Positions 25,601-40,600 of a stretch of DNA of 64,000 nucleotides are shown one piece after another. Under the pieces are notes generated by a model that was not told where the DNA came from, did not search any database, and was given only the letters and a program-made list of their open reading frames with translations. Within the stretch, counting starts at the first letter, position 1, and the number at the start of each line of letters is the position of its first letter. The position numbers and the translations under genes are program-made. The stretch is from Tubiluchus corallicola (lineage: Eukaryota > Animalia > Priapulida): NCBI GenBank assembly GCA_030141605.1, contig JAQGDQ010000569.1, positions 1 to 64,000 on the forward strand, given 5' to 3'.

Positions 25601-28600
25601 CATGCATTTTTTCATTGAATTTGCATTATTATCTTTATAACTATTGTGCGCCATAACTAGGAAAATGCAAAATAGTTTCAGTAATTGTAACAGAACTACA
25701 TTAGCATACCATAGCGTGGCATAGTTAGGGAAAAAATTCTAAATAATTATAATTACTGAAATTTAACAGAAGTATACTAACATAGTTACTGAACAACATA
25801 ATAGTTTGTCAATAAGAAATAGATGCTGCATGGTGGTCAAGAAGCAAAGCTTGTAAGACCACCATGAAAAAGTGAAAAAAACGACTTAATTTACAAGAGA
25901 GAGAATTATAGAAAACAGGGTATAGTTAAGATAAAACAATAGAGTAAAGGTAGAGAAAAAGAGAAAAGAGAGAGAGAGAGAGAAGAGAATAGAATAGAAA
26001 GGTGTTCAGGTATCGATGTAATAAATGCTATACTAATAATACAAAGTTTGATACATTGTATATAAATTAGTACCGTTATTTCTTATAACATTATAACCTT
26101 TGCAAGTAAACTTCTAATAACTGGCCGTATCTTAAAGGAAAACTGGACAACTGATTAGGCTCAATCTCTTTTTAATTTACTGTCCAAAATATACATTCTC
26201 CTGCCCGTAAAAGCCAGCAATTTTTCAATATTTTCTAATATTTGAGTAATTACCTTGGAAAGTGAGTTAATGGCAACTGAATTCCGCTATGGCTTATGTC
26301 ACAAACCAACCACAGTTTGTGCAATGGCGGGTATCTTCCCTGCGCACCAAGCATGAGTGAAGATTGATATAAGACACTGATGCGATGTCCCCAGAATGAG
26401 CACTTTGTCACACTACGTCGAAGAACACTGTAGTTCATGATCACGCTTATCATGGTACAGTGCCTATTTGTCAGCCACATGAATGTGACAACAATGTGCC
26501 ATTGCAAGTCTTAGTGCTTTTGCAGAGGTGCACGTAGCTTTGAAAGTTTAAGAAAATGTAACTATCCCAGGTAATTATTATTTAATCTAAACTTTGATTT
26601 AAAGAGCTGCATATGTTGTCAATATTTTAAAGCTTCATTTTGAGCTACTGTTCGTCCGATTTTCCTTTAAATGACTGTGATGTATAAAATATCAGCTCAC
26701 TGTTTAAAAATTTCAGGCGACTCTCACAGGAAGTACCATATTTACAGGAATAAGTGTTTCTGACCGGGATTTAAATACACAGAACTCTCGAGTCGTTTTG
26801 TCTATCATTGTAAGTACATCTGATAGATTTGATTTAACACTTTATTTCAAATCAAGTCCAGAGTTATGTATACACACAAGTTAAAAAACCCCAAGAATTA
26901 GATAATATTTACAATGTTACATACTATATATATCCCAGGGGTGTGCAAATTATCTGACTAGCAGGGCCACATTAAACTTTCCCGCAATTCCTGCGGGCCA
27001 TAGGCAGTTTGATCAAGGAGCCAAGCATAGAAAGGCCTAATAACGATTTTTTTGCGTCCGACCTGCGTACATCTTTACTACTATACTCAAGAAACTATTT
27101 TAGAAGTTATAAAATTTATATTACAAACCATATATTTCTACTTTCAGGACAGATTGTGGTAATTTCATTACAATGCATATTAGTAATGTGTATCACACAG
27201 TCTGTGTAGTACAGTGACATTAAGCTACAACCGTCTTGTAAGGGTTAATGGCATCCGATCTAGTGGAAAAAACTACCCGCACTATCTTTGGGATCGTGGC
27301 ATGGACTTCAGCTGGATACACTCAATTAATCGCCTGGGCCGCACTTTCATTAGGTTGACAAATCTCTTTGCGGGCCGCACAAATTCTTTCGGCGGGCCGC
27401 AATTTGCACACAACTGATATATACAATAGTAAATTATTCTACGATGCTTAAGACTGAAATTTATATAACAACTCTTGGCCACGTCTAACTACAATAAGCC
27501 TTTCACAGTCTCGTTGTGTGCATGTGCAGTTGCTGTAGGTCAAAGGTCAACACGTCTTAACTACAACCATCACATGACATGTCGGTAAAGAAAAGCCAGA
27601 TGTTGCATCAGTTCAGTAACTTGAGTTGTTTTACAACTTGGACTTTATTTAATTATGCATCATTCTGCGCATAGAGTGATTTACTGGCAAGCCGACTGTT
27701 GCATCAGTAAAGTAACTTCAGTTGTTGTTTTACGTGGACTTTTCTTAATTATACATTATTCTGCGCGTAGAATGATTTACTAGGAAGACTTTGCTTGGTG
27801 ACAAGAAAAAATGAACTAGGCAAGGTTCTAGCTAGCTGTTAAAACTGTTACTATTACAACAGCATGGGGGTGCAAGGCGTTGTTAAGTGTACCCAAATGT
27901 GTTATTTTGGACACTTAACCTTTGACCTTTTCGTGATCATCCTCAATCGTTGAAACTGTGGAAAGGCTTATTCTTATTATAATAATTTCCTCCTCTGTTT
28001 TCCAAGAGAAGCTCATTCCACTTTCAGATAAAGCTTTAATTGATGAATTTGAACTATGCATTACTTTTCTACACGAACTATTTTCCTATGCACATCATTT
28101 ATGGAAACTATTCTAGCACTGTCATCATATGGTAGTAATAATGGTAATCACCTGCATTCTTTTTCCTCAGTAATCTTAATAAAACGTGACTATGCTCAAC
28201 AGGTTACTGAACACTTTATAATCATGATCACAGTTTTTCTTAGTTCTCGCTCCATTTCATCTTTCATTCACTACTCCCCTCCCACACTTTTATGTATATA
28301 TTATCATTATTTCAATTATTAATCACATCTTTAAGATTTTCACGTACAGTTTGGCCTGTCAAGCTATGCTTTTAGGCTCAAACTGTATGCATCAAAATTA
28401 TTCTGTAATGTAATTTGCACATGTATATGCTGCATAAGAATCTCTTTTGTAATTTCTGGATAATATTGCATTTATATTTATATTTACTTCAGTGAAATTA
28501 TCTGTATTTTTATTATAACTGTTAGATGTAGAGTGGAAATAAATAAACTTATAAACTTTTAAACTTATATTAATAATTGAATAGTTTCCATTTTGAGATT

Positions 28601-31600
28601 TAATGAGCTGTTTTAAACTCAGTTACAGACTGCAGTTATAAAAATGTGGCCATGTTGCCATGCAACATGAATAAGACTTTTCACAGTTTGAGCAATTGAC
28701 AATGCCTCGCAGCCCATGTTACTGTACTAGTAACAGTTTTAACAGCTAGAACCTGACCTAATTCATTTTTTCTTGTTCCCAAGCAAGATCCTGCTAGTAA
28801 ATCACTTTACACACAGAACTAATGCGAAATTACGTAAAATAACTGAAGCTACTGAACTGACGTGGCAGACAGCTTTGCCTTACCCACATGTCACGCGACG
28901 GTTGTAGTTAAGTCGCGTTGCTGTAGTACAGTTAACCTTTGTTCATACGCACAACGAAATTGTGAAAAGGCTTATCGAACAAACAAACTTTAACGCTATT
29001 AGTACAATGACAACATTTTCGAAAAATATTGTTTACTCTAACAAAGTAAATACTTCATTGCCTGATAATATCATTATTATCCCTATTATCTCAGGAAATT
29101 ATGTAGCCAAATACATCTCTGTCTCTTCTTTTTTCTATCCCTCGCTCTGTCCCTTTCTCTCTCTCTTTCTTTCTCTCTCTCTTTTGCTACACTGTTAGTC
29201 CACAATAAGAAACTTTCAAGCAGAGAGACACTCTCACTTCATTTCCTGTTTTTCCACCACTTCCTCTCTTTTTCTATCCCTCACTCTCCATCTCTTTCTT
29301 TTCTCTCTCTCTTTTGCTACACTGTTTGTCCACAATAAGAAACTTTGAAGGAGAGAGAGAGACACTCTGACTTCATTTCCTGTTTCTCCATCATTTCCCC
29401 TCCTTTTCTATCCCTCACTCTCCATCTCTTTCTCTTCTCTCTCTTTTGCTACACTGTTTGTCCACAATAAGAAACTTTGAAGGAGAGAGAGACACTCTGA
29501 CTTCATTTCCTGTTTCTCCATCATTTCCCCTCCTTTTCTATCCCTCACTCTCCATCTCTTTCTCTTCTCTCTCTTTTGCTACACTGTTTGTCCACAATAA
29601 GAAACTTTGAAGGAGAGAGAGACACTCTGACTTCATTTCCCGTTTCTCCATCATTTCCCCTCCTTTTCTATCCCTCACTCTCCATCTCTTTCTCTTCTCT
29701 CTCTTTTGCTACACTGTTTGTCCACAACAACAAACTTTCAAGCAGAGAGACACTCTCACTTCATTTCTTATTTCTCCATCACTTTCTCTTTTTCTATTCC
29801 TCTCTCTCTCTCCTCTCTCTCTCTGGTCTCTTTCTCTCTCTTCTCTCTCTTTTGCTACACTGTTTGTCCACAACAAGAAACTTTGAAGGAGAGAGACACT
29901 CTCACTTCGTTTCCTGTTTTTCCATCACTTCCTTTCCTTTTCTATCCCTCACTCTCACTCTCCATCTCTTTCTCCTCTCTCTCTTTTGCTATACTGTTAG
30001 TCCACAACACGAAATTTTCAAGCGGAGAGGCAATCTCAGTTCATTTCCTGTTTTTCCGTCATTTCCTCTCCTTTTCTCGCCCTTCACTCTCTTTTGCTAC
30101 ACTATTAATCCACATTAACCCTTTCATACCCATTGTATCACGTGGGATACGAGAATATTTTCTGCTTTAAAATTAATAAAATTTTAAAACTGACAGTTAT
30201 TTTATCTGTTAATAGTTATTTTGATTTAAGCCAATAACAATGGACTAAAAATGGTGAAAAAATGGCAAACTAAGAAATCTACATACCATAAAAAACTGTG
30301 CAAGGTACAGTACTTTAGAGACGACTTTGTACAGATCAGCATAGCATGCATACTAAATGTCTTAAATACTTGAAAAAATTATCAGCAGTTGCAAAATGAA
30401 GCACATTTTATGCTTCCATTGAATCCCAATGTATCCCGTGGGATACAGGCTATATTTAGCACGAGGACACAGGTAGAAAAAAATAATTATTATGTGTAAA
30501 CAAGATGGACATACTGAACAAAAGTACTTACCCTAAAAATAATTTGGGACTGAAAGGGTTAAGAAACTTTCACAAACAAACTCAATTTTTGCAGGCTGGT
30601 GATGACGATAACGTATTCTCTATTGAAGCAGTGAAACAAGAAACTGGGAATGGAAGATACAGTGGACACGTTGTACTGGTCAGACCACTAGATTATAACC
30701 TACTAGCAAGTGTTTACGATCTCATTATCGAAGCATCAGTACGTTCTTTTCTTCATTTCTAATTAAATTATGTTTTAAATTAAAATCAAATGAAATTACA
30801 AACACGAACTTTCGACTGGGCTTTGAAATTTACTTGTAGTAACCAGAAGCCCATTATAAGTGGATTATACTGTATTGTATAACTTAAGTTTATAGCAATT
30901 TTCTCTACTTTTTTCAACTTGAGCTTTGTGTTATATATCTATGTATCTAACTACCTTTTTACTCTTTAAGTTAGACATAAACTCTGAGGCTTTAATAACG
31001 TATTTAAACCTTGCTTACAGCGAGCTCCGAGTTTTTGCTTATTATGAGGTGAATTTTCTGGCGCCCTGCATATAATGAGCGTGAATTCTAAAATCCTAAA
31101 ATGGCCGTTCGCCATTCGCTCTTTTGTGATAAAATAGATGACAAACAGCAGTACTCATTGCAAGTGCTCTTCTCGTCGTTACAATTGTATCAGCCATACA
31201 GGCTTCATTTCTGTATTGTGCATCACACTCAAACAAACGACCTCTGCTGTAATGAGTAGGGGCGAGCATCGAACGTTCGAATTCGATTCGAATGTGTTTT
31301 TTAATTCGAATTCGATTCGAAACTAAAATCGTAGATTCGAATAATTCAGCACATCAGCCAAATACGCTCTTTATTGTTAAAATGTTTGAAACTGCAAGCA
31401 ATTAGCACAATTTAGCGGCAGTTTCTGTGCAAAATTTGTGACAAACTAATAGTGGTTTTACTGCAGAAGAAAACCAAGTAATATCTATGATCTTTGTAAG
31501 ACCACTTATTACTGGTGGTTGAAAAACTCTTTCGAAAATCTTTCAAACTCAAATGCGGTTCCATTCGAACTCGAAAGCCACAAATTTTAGTCGAATTCGC

Positions 31601-34600
31601 ATTCTGGTAGAGAATGCACAGCCCTGATCATGAGATTGGATTATAGTAAGCAAATTTTCATGGTCTTTTTAAACTCATTATCAACGGATTATACTGTACA
31701 TAAAAATATGTAATACATAAATATGTCACATTTAACGACGTATGTGAAATAATGAGTAAACTGATTTTCGAACAATAACAAACGTTAATATTGGACTGCT
31801 GTCCGCTTTTAACCGAGGCAGGACTGATGGCACCGCGGCCCACACCGTGCGGCATGTCCTAATTAAGTCCTTCAACACCAAACCCAAAACAGAACCCGAA
31901 CAATAGAGTCGAAATAACAATTTATTACTAAATATCACACCCCCAATAAGGAACAAACAGCTTACCTAGAAGAACGGAGTTTGCGGCAAGCATGTGAAAT
32001 GTGAACAGAGCTGCAATGAAAGACACGACCATTGACAAGGATCTACAGCAGACCTTCCCTTTTTATAAGCTCAGGTGTGCACGCGACTAGTGGCTTTTAC
32101 TAACACAAGGTCAGAATACGAGTCTATGCTAGATAAAGCCACGTTCACATGCACACCTGAGAAGTCTACTGTCTGCCAGTATTACATCTCATTCCATCAC
32201 AGCCCTAAAGTACAGTATCTTGTATTCAATTGGTAGTACAGAAATAATCGATTGACATCTACTGACCTACTTTAATTATTTTTACTGGAGTTATGTTTTG
32301 TTCAGTGTATCTGCAATTTGCGTAACTTCGATATTGCTTTAGTTTTTTTTTGTTTTTATATTGTTTCTTATATTGGGTTGAGTTCTTGGTTTATATGTAA
32401 TTATTAGTTTTGTTTTTGATGATTTTAAATTTTCCGTTTTGTTTGCTAATTTAAATCTTGCCTCTTCTCATAGCCAAACTTATTTACTGTTTCTAAATTT
32501 AAACTCATTTGAACTTGTTGCCTCGTTTATTTTTATTTTGTTAAGTTGCTGATAATTTTCATTTGTACACACCTCGCTTGACAGGTCACTTAATTTTCTT
32601 CAATTTGGATGGTTGACTTGGTGACCCTTGGTCTTTTCGCCACACCGTCTCTTTTCCGTCTTTGTTTTAGTTTTTACCGTTTGTTTATGCTTATTTTGTA
32701 ACATTCAGAGACAAATAAATTTTTTACTTACTTACTGACATCTGTTGCTTTCAGGACGAGGTGCATCTAGATCACGCCAACTTGACTGTAAACGTAAAAG
32801 ATGAAGACAATTTACCACCAAAATTTTCTCGCTACGTTTACAGCGCCACTTTCCACGAAAAAGAGGTGATTGGTGACTCTTTTTGTTTTTTGCAATGATT
32901 AAAATGAGGAGTTACACCTGTACCTTATGAACGTTAGTAGAATTATTATTAAAACAGCACAACTTTTATTAAAAACTTTAATTTACAACTGTTTAAAAAA
33001 TACATGTTCAAAAGTTTCAAATGGCTGAGTGTTTGAAAATAAAGGTAATTGAATTGAAGTACTTTCATCATCAGTGGTACACTATAGAAACAACAAACCA
33101 GTTTATACAGGCAGAGCCTACAGTATATAAGGTTATGCACTGATTATGTATCTATAAAGAAGCCAAAGTAATGACTAAACAGACCCGTAGAAAAGAAATT
33201 GATACAGTAACAAATGGCTGAGTGTTTGAAAATAAAGTTAATTGAATTGAAGTACTTTCATCATCAGTGATACACTATAGAAACAGCAAACCAGTTTATA
33301 TACGCAGAGCCTGCAGTATAAAAACTTTGGCACTAATTACGTGTTTACAAAAAAGCGGTTTTCAAATAGTCATAAACTAAAGTTCTTAATATGGTTGTAT
33401 TGTTTTAATAATAATAAAATGTTTTGAAATGACTGTATAAATTGACGTAATACAATTAGTTTGCGAAAAGAGGAAATGAAGTTAGGGTCAACCTCGCTTT
33501 TACAGTAAGGATGTGTCGTACAAATGTCATATGTGTCCTATGGGGACCATATTGGTACCACTGCTTAAAAGCGACAACAGTATTTGTGCTTTCTTAAGGA
33601 CAGACTCGTTTACATTATCTTTACATTTTGTGTACAAATTTCGCATCGTAATAAGCAATTAATCTATAAATTGGAACGATTTTTTTCCAGCCAGTTGGAT
33701 TCCTAATTCCATTTGATCATCCAATCTATGCTTACGACATGGACCAAGGCATTAATGCAACCATTAACTACGAAATAGCATACGGTGAGCGCATGATGAA
33801 GTGTGATATGCAAACTTTCAGATGTCAATGATTGCTTTCATGTTTTTACGTTCTATAGGGACGTTTAGAATATTAACTTTCGAAGTCATAAGGTGATTGT
33901 TAATTAGTTGCTAAAGTCTGAGGACATGAAATGCCTTTCCGCAGTTCCTTCGATTGATGATGATCGTGAAAAGGTCAAAGGTTAAGTGCATCACACAACG
34001 CACTTGTATAAACTTGCCAATGCGTCGCAGCCCATGCTATTGTAATAATAACAGTTTTAACAGCTAGCTAGAACCTTACCTAGTTCATTTTTCCTTTGTT
34101 CTCAAGCAAGAACCTGCTAGTAAATCACTCTACGTGCAGACTAATGCATTATTAAGTAAAGTTCACGTAAAACAACAACTGAAGTTACTTTACTGATGCG
34201 GCAGTCAGCTTTGCTTTACCAACACGTCACGTCACGGTTGTTGTTAATACGCGTTGCTGCGGCATACTTAACCTTTGACCTACAGCAACCTGTAGTGTGC
34301 ACTCAACGAAATTGTAAAGCAATATTAGCTAGCACTAATCATTAATTTTCAATTATCATTATTACTGTATAATTAAGTAAAGTCCACGTAAAACATTTGA
34401 AGTTACTAAACCAACGCTTTGCGTTACCCATATGTCACAATGTAGTTAAGATGCATTGCTATGGTACACATAACCTTTGACCTATAGCAACTGCCCACAG
34501 CAAACTGAGAAAAGGCTTGCTATTTGCTAAAGCATGATAACGTAATTATTCCTTTGCTTTTCAGTATTATGTGTTAGTCTTGTCAAATTCCTACTACTGA

Positions 34601-37600
34601 ATTATTACCTATTACTATTCCTATTACATACTATTACATTTTATGAAATGCTTTATTCCGTGTTGTTTCTAAACATGAAACATGTAGACATGTATAATGT
34701 AGGCAGCGTGATACATCAAAGGGTTATAATGTCATGGATAGGCTGGCCCAAAAAAAACGGCCTTTCTAACAAACTGATTGTTGTTACAGTTGAACCGGGG
34801 GGTCATTTGGAAATTAATGCGGAAACTGGAGACATTTCTGTAACAAAGGAAGTTGATCGTGATGATCCAGACACTGGAGTACAACTTTTTACGGGATTGA
34901 TTCGGGTACGATGTTAGTTTGTGATGTCTGGTCTCGCCCTATGTTAATTAAGATTTTATTTTATTATTAAAAACACTTTGCAGTATTAATTTCTATTTAT
35001 GTTGTTATTTATTTATAATACATCTATGAACAGAAGTCAAAACACTTATATGTCCATTAAAATATTGTAAAATATATTGACAATGTATAGAAAGTAAAAT
35101 TACAGCTAAAAGTACAGAATACAGCGTACGTAGTTAGTACAATGTAAACACACAAGTATGTGCACATTGTGTTAAAATATAAACTTTTTACCGGACTTGA
35201 AAATGGGGTAGCATATGAAAAATGATCCAGTATTTCTTTAAGCTTATTTTGCTTCCATATATTAATGTAGGTAGCATAGGTAGTATCTTTAGTTATGCTA
35301 ACGTAACTATATGATCCCAATTTTTTAAGGTGAACATATGAGATGGCCCCCCATTTTACACTAAAAAGTTTACTGTAAAAACATTATGGATTTATTGAAA
35401 TAAATTTTACTTTAGGCATATCAGGTGGAGAATACATTCAGCCATTACAAGCGTGACACGTATGCTCACATTGTTGTTGAAGTAGTTGATGAAGTGAATG
35501 ACAATGCGCCACTATTCAAACCGGAAATCTACGAAGTTGAGCTTCAAGAGAATCCGGCCAAAGATGCTTGCGTGCTGACAGTTTTTGCAGAAGATCTTGA
35601 CGAGGTTCGTGTGGACTTAAAGTACAGTCTTCCAGTATTTTTAACAATGTACACTTGTTAGCTGTCATTATGTGCATAACTGTGACCACTGGGTAACCCT
35701 ACACCTGTGTAACCCTTGTTGTTGGCTTCCTTCTGCCTCGAACGACAATGGAATGTGGTCCAAGAAAGTCCGATCCTTGAACGTCTCCAGGGTGCACGCC
35801 TGGGCAAGGTGTATGGGGATCCTGAGTTGCCCAGACAACAGGAACCCCCTCTCTTTCTCCCTGGTGTAGCCCAAAGGAAAGCGGAGCGATACGTTTGGCA
35901 CCAGGTTGGCTGCAGGAGCTGCCGGAGTCAGTGAGCATGCTGCACTGGTCCACCTTCGGGGCTCCACTCCTGATTTGGAAAGTTTACTCCTCTACACATA
36001 GCCGTTGGGTCACTTGACCTCCTCCGCCCTCTAACCGTTGGCTGCTTGTACAGCTCTTCCGCCTTGTGTCGAGATACAATGTGGGCATGCAGCAAGCCTA
36101 TGGCACCTGGTATTCCTAGGCGGTCACCCATCCAAGCATTAAGCAGGCTCTATGTTGCTTAACTTCGGTGATCAGACGAGAACCGGTGTTTTCAACGTGA
36201 TTTTGAGTAACCCTACTGGGCCTACTAAGCCTACTGGGTAACTAGACAAGACATCTGGCATGGTCCAAACGTCATGAGAGCCGGGATTGCGCCAAACATT
36301 TGAATCTTGCCATCCTTAGTTACAAGCAAACAAAGCTATGTCAGCCATACACTGTTTCAGCAACCTGCAGGAACTAGACATGGCGTCTGACATGAGAACC
36401 GGGATTGTGCCCGACTTTTGGATCTGGTATGGCTTCAAAGCTGGAAGAACCAAGACTACGGCACAGTCTTTGAGAAATTTGACAAGCCCTTAACTTCTGT
36501 CCATTACAACATATTGATAACTTGTGAAATATGTTTTTTTCGCACTTTAGGGTGATTTCGCAAAGTTCAAGTACAAACTAAATGCGAGTGCGGTTTGCTC
36601 TACATTTGCTATCGATGAAAACACAGGAGAGATTACGGTGGCAAATCCCAGTAAGATTGATAGGGAAGCAACAACGCATTTCCAAGTAGAAGTATGGAAA
36701 TTTTTAAAACTAGAACGACTTAAAACATCTTTTAAACCGTTACCGTTAAAATGGCTACGCCTGATTGTAATTGGAGGAGTTTGAACTTACAAGATTTATA
36801 CGGCATTTCTGCTAATGCAAGCCCTGTATGCAATAAGTTATGTAAAATTTCAAGATGAAATTTTCAAGCTTTTTTACGAGGCAAATGGTGTTTTTTTATG
36901 ATGTTCTGTCTTAGACAGATGCAGGCAGATCTGCGATTATTACAAAGTTTGTGATTGCTTAGGTGGAAAGTGAACAATTTGTCGTGTCACCTACAACTGC
37001 AAACAGCGCTGTTGTGTCTATAACCATTACCGATGTCAACGATAATAATCCACGATTTGCGGAAGACGCTTACCAGTTCTTAATGGAGCAGTTTGTTCCC
37101 GAGACTGAAATCGGTCAGGTATAAGATCATTTTCAGGTATAAGGTAATTTTAAACGTAACACTAAACTCTTTTAGTAGATTCATTGGTGCGTGGTGAAAA
37201 TGGCACGAGCAAATGGCACTTTTCCATTCGTTTTTTTCCTGTGCCATTTTTACCTGTTTTTCCATTCGTGGCATTTTTTCCTGTGCCACTTTTATCTATT
37301 TTTCCATTCGTGGCATTCTTTTCGGTGCCACTTTTACCGTGTTGCTTTTTTCTTATGCTATTTTACCAACTATTCCGTTGTGTTACTTTTCCTGTGCCAT
37401 GTTTACGGTGCCATTTTTTCCCATGCCACCTTTAACTATTCTGTTTGTGCGATATTTCCTGTGCCGTTTTTGCTGTGGCATTTTACCTGTGTCATTTTTA
37501 CCTGCATTCTATTTAGCAGATCCAGTATTTGACTGGCTGGCTTTCGACCTGACCAACTGATCACTATTTCAACTTCAGATAAACTTACTGTGACAAGCAA

Positions 37601-40600
37601 ACATAAAATTAATTTAGTAAGGCATTTAGCTAAAGGGCCATAATGCAAAATATGCACAGTGTGGTGCCCCCTAGTAAGCGATAGCAACATTATTGAAAAT
37701 CTGCTAAAGTATTTCACTAGAATATAGTACACTAGGTGTGGTTTTACTACTGTGTCTTATCGTAACAAACGTTTAGCTTGGAATATGTTGCCATTAGAAG
37801 AGAGAAGAATTCATTATGATCTAAAATCTGCTATAATATCATTCATAGGGAAAAATGACTTAGACAAATTGATCTGTATCGTGTGTAACTCAACAATTGT
37901 AACTTGTTTGCCAATAAAGTTGTCAGGTCCTTGTTGTGGAGATCGCTGGCATCTATTAGAATTAAATAGAACATTGTAGACTGTTCCATTAGAATAATCA
38001 TCTTGCCTTGTAGAATGTTCTAGAAAGAAACGTCTGAAATTTCCCTGGCACGCTATATAAGGCGAAGCAGGCCGCTGAAACACACACACAGATTCACATG
38101 GACGTCACTTACACATTCTCTTGTATACCTACATTTCCAGATAGACTCAAACGTTTTCCAGAATTTCACGTTTAGTGTAAACATTTCGTGTTCCTTCATA
38201 CTTTTGTGTTGTAGAATTCTCGCTTAATAAACTAGTTTAATTTGACGAAGTGTTTTCTGCTTTTCTCTACGAGCCTTCCAAGAGAAACAAAACACAACAG
38301 TCCTGGAATTCTCTTTCTCCTCTCTAAATATGTAAATTGGTCTCTACTGGTAAACCCCATCTACAGTAAATTATTTACTCAAGAAGTAATGAAAATTGAC
38401 TTTTTAACACTTATATTCTTGCAGGCATACGTAAGTCGGAATTTTACTTTTTGTGTATCTCCTGTATCCATTTTAACCTGTCTTGTTTATTATTGTACAT
38501 ATTTTATTGTTTATTGCATTTAAATTTTTTTGTATGTATGGATGCTATAAGTCATAAATAAATAAATAAACAAACACTTTTCTGACATTACTTAAAGGAC
38601 AAGAAAAAGGGGTACCTGAAATAGGTTTCAGAAAAATTGTCTTAAAAAATTATACTATTTTACAGCATTTTTATGCACATATCGTACTCGCATTGAAAGG
38701 AATTTTAGTTTGTTTTTATTTTAAATCTCCCGCAATACTGTTCGGACGGCGCCATTACATGACGTCACCTTGGCAAACGTAAATCAGGGAAAGAAAAGAC
38801 AATGTTAAATTATATCCCAAAAAACTTTCTGTGCAAAGTTATGTTACTTAGCATTTCACTTACCTGCTGGAAAGACTTATGTAACTAGAAATAATAATTT
38901 ACACCAATTGGTAAAATGTTGTTGACTCACCCCCTCCAGGGTGCGCCACTCACTAACCAAAAACATATTTTCATTCTTATGGACAGGGTACAGTAATTTT
39001 AAATTTTACTCAGTTAGTGACGCTAGTGTGCGCTACCAAATGCTCTGATTATTTTTTCAAACTTTACACAGTGTTATCTAAACTTGTTTCAAATGACCTG
39101 TCGTCAAAATGGCTGCGCCTAGTGACTTTTTTGTGTTTTAATGACACGACTACTTTATGTATGGCTTTTAGGTTACAGCTACCGATCGTGATGATGGGGT
39201 GAATGCTGAGATTATATTCAGTATAAAACCAGCAAATGTGCCATTCAGAATCGAAACCCATCAGAGGGAAAATGGCGTCTACGCCGGTGTTATCTTCACG
39301 GTGGACGAAGGATCGATAAATGATCCTAAGAGAGAGTACACTTTCGTTGTCATGGCAACAGACAAAGCCGTAAATAAACACGAACGACGGTATGGAAGTT
39401 GTTAACTATTTTTTAGAAATAGTTGTCGTCATCATGATTGTCCTTGTGATCATCGCTCTCGTTGTTGTTGTCCTCGTCATTCACAACGTTACTGTCAACG
39501 TCCTCCTCTTCCATTTCATCATCATCATCATAATCATCATCATCACCACCACCATCACCATCATCATCACCATCATCACAATCATCATCACCCCCATATC
39601 ATCATTTTCATCACCATAATTATCATCATCATAATCGTCATCATCATCATCATTATTGTTCTTGTCATCGTCACTCTCACTGTTGTTGTCCTCATCATTC
39701 ACAACATTACTGTCGACGTCCTCCTCTTCCATGTCATCATCATCATGATCATCATCATCACAATCATCATCACCATCATTTGTACAGTCATCATCATCAT
39801 TGCAGCCATGCGTAAAAGTTGGAAACCCATTTACCCTAACCCTAACCATAACTCTAACTCAACCCCTATCTCAATCCAGCTCTAACCCTAACCCAACCCG
39901 ACCCTAACCTTAGCCCTGATCCTAACCTGCTTCACGAACCGATTTCTTGCATATTTACAGGAACGTTCCTTGATGACACATTGACAATTGTCTTTTTTCA
40001 GGACCACTTCCGTGATCGTGTTTGCTGGTGCTGGTGCCGGTGATTCTGATGGTGATGGTGCTGGTGATTCTGATGGTGATGGTGCTGGTGATTCTGATGG
40101 CGATGGTGCTGATGATTATGATGATGCTGAAAGACCCGTTAAAACTGGCTTGGAAGGATGTCAAATAGGTCTCATTATTATGGCTGTAATTGCTGTGATA
40201 CTGATGCTTGCAGGTTTTGCAACATTCTGTTTTGTAAGGTACAGTTTTGCCTTTCATGTTTGTTAATCTCTTTAAAAATCTACGTAAGTCTGTCTCAAAA
40301 ATCTTTGCATATAAACTTTGCATCACTTAGGATTATGCTTAGCTGTCGGAAAGACTTATGTAATTAATAGAATAGAATAGTTTGTTGTCTCTTTAGAAAT
40401 AGCAAGCACAAGTACAGTCGACCCTCGTTAAACCGGACCCCGTTAGCCCGGATATCGGATAAGACGGACGTCATCCGTGTTAAAGGAAACTGACCGATTT
40501 TCGTCCGAGCCGGAGCACTAAACACAACACGGCCTACCAACTGTACAATAATTTCTTTGTCCTCACAAGTTAACTTTAAAGCAATATACAGTATAGAATA

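Noticed and set aside
29576-30170. 180-aa and 154-aa hydrophobic ORFs
   Set aside because: Read-through of the CT-rich minisatellite.
36095-36200. Functional 5S rRNA gene
   Set aside because: 5' end is missing, there is no oligo-T terminator, and it runs into a SINE body and tail.
39481-39849. Asp/Met-rich minus-strand ORF
   Set aside because: Product of (CAT)n low complexity within an intron.
39831-39927. Chromosome end or fusion site
   Set aside because: Short, degenerate, single orientation and intronic; such tracts are often parts of transposons.
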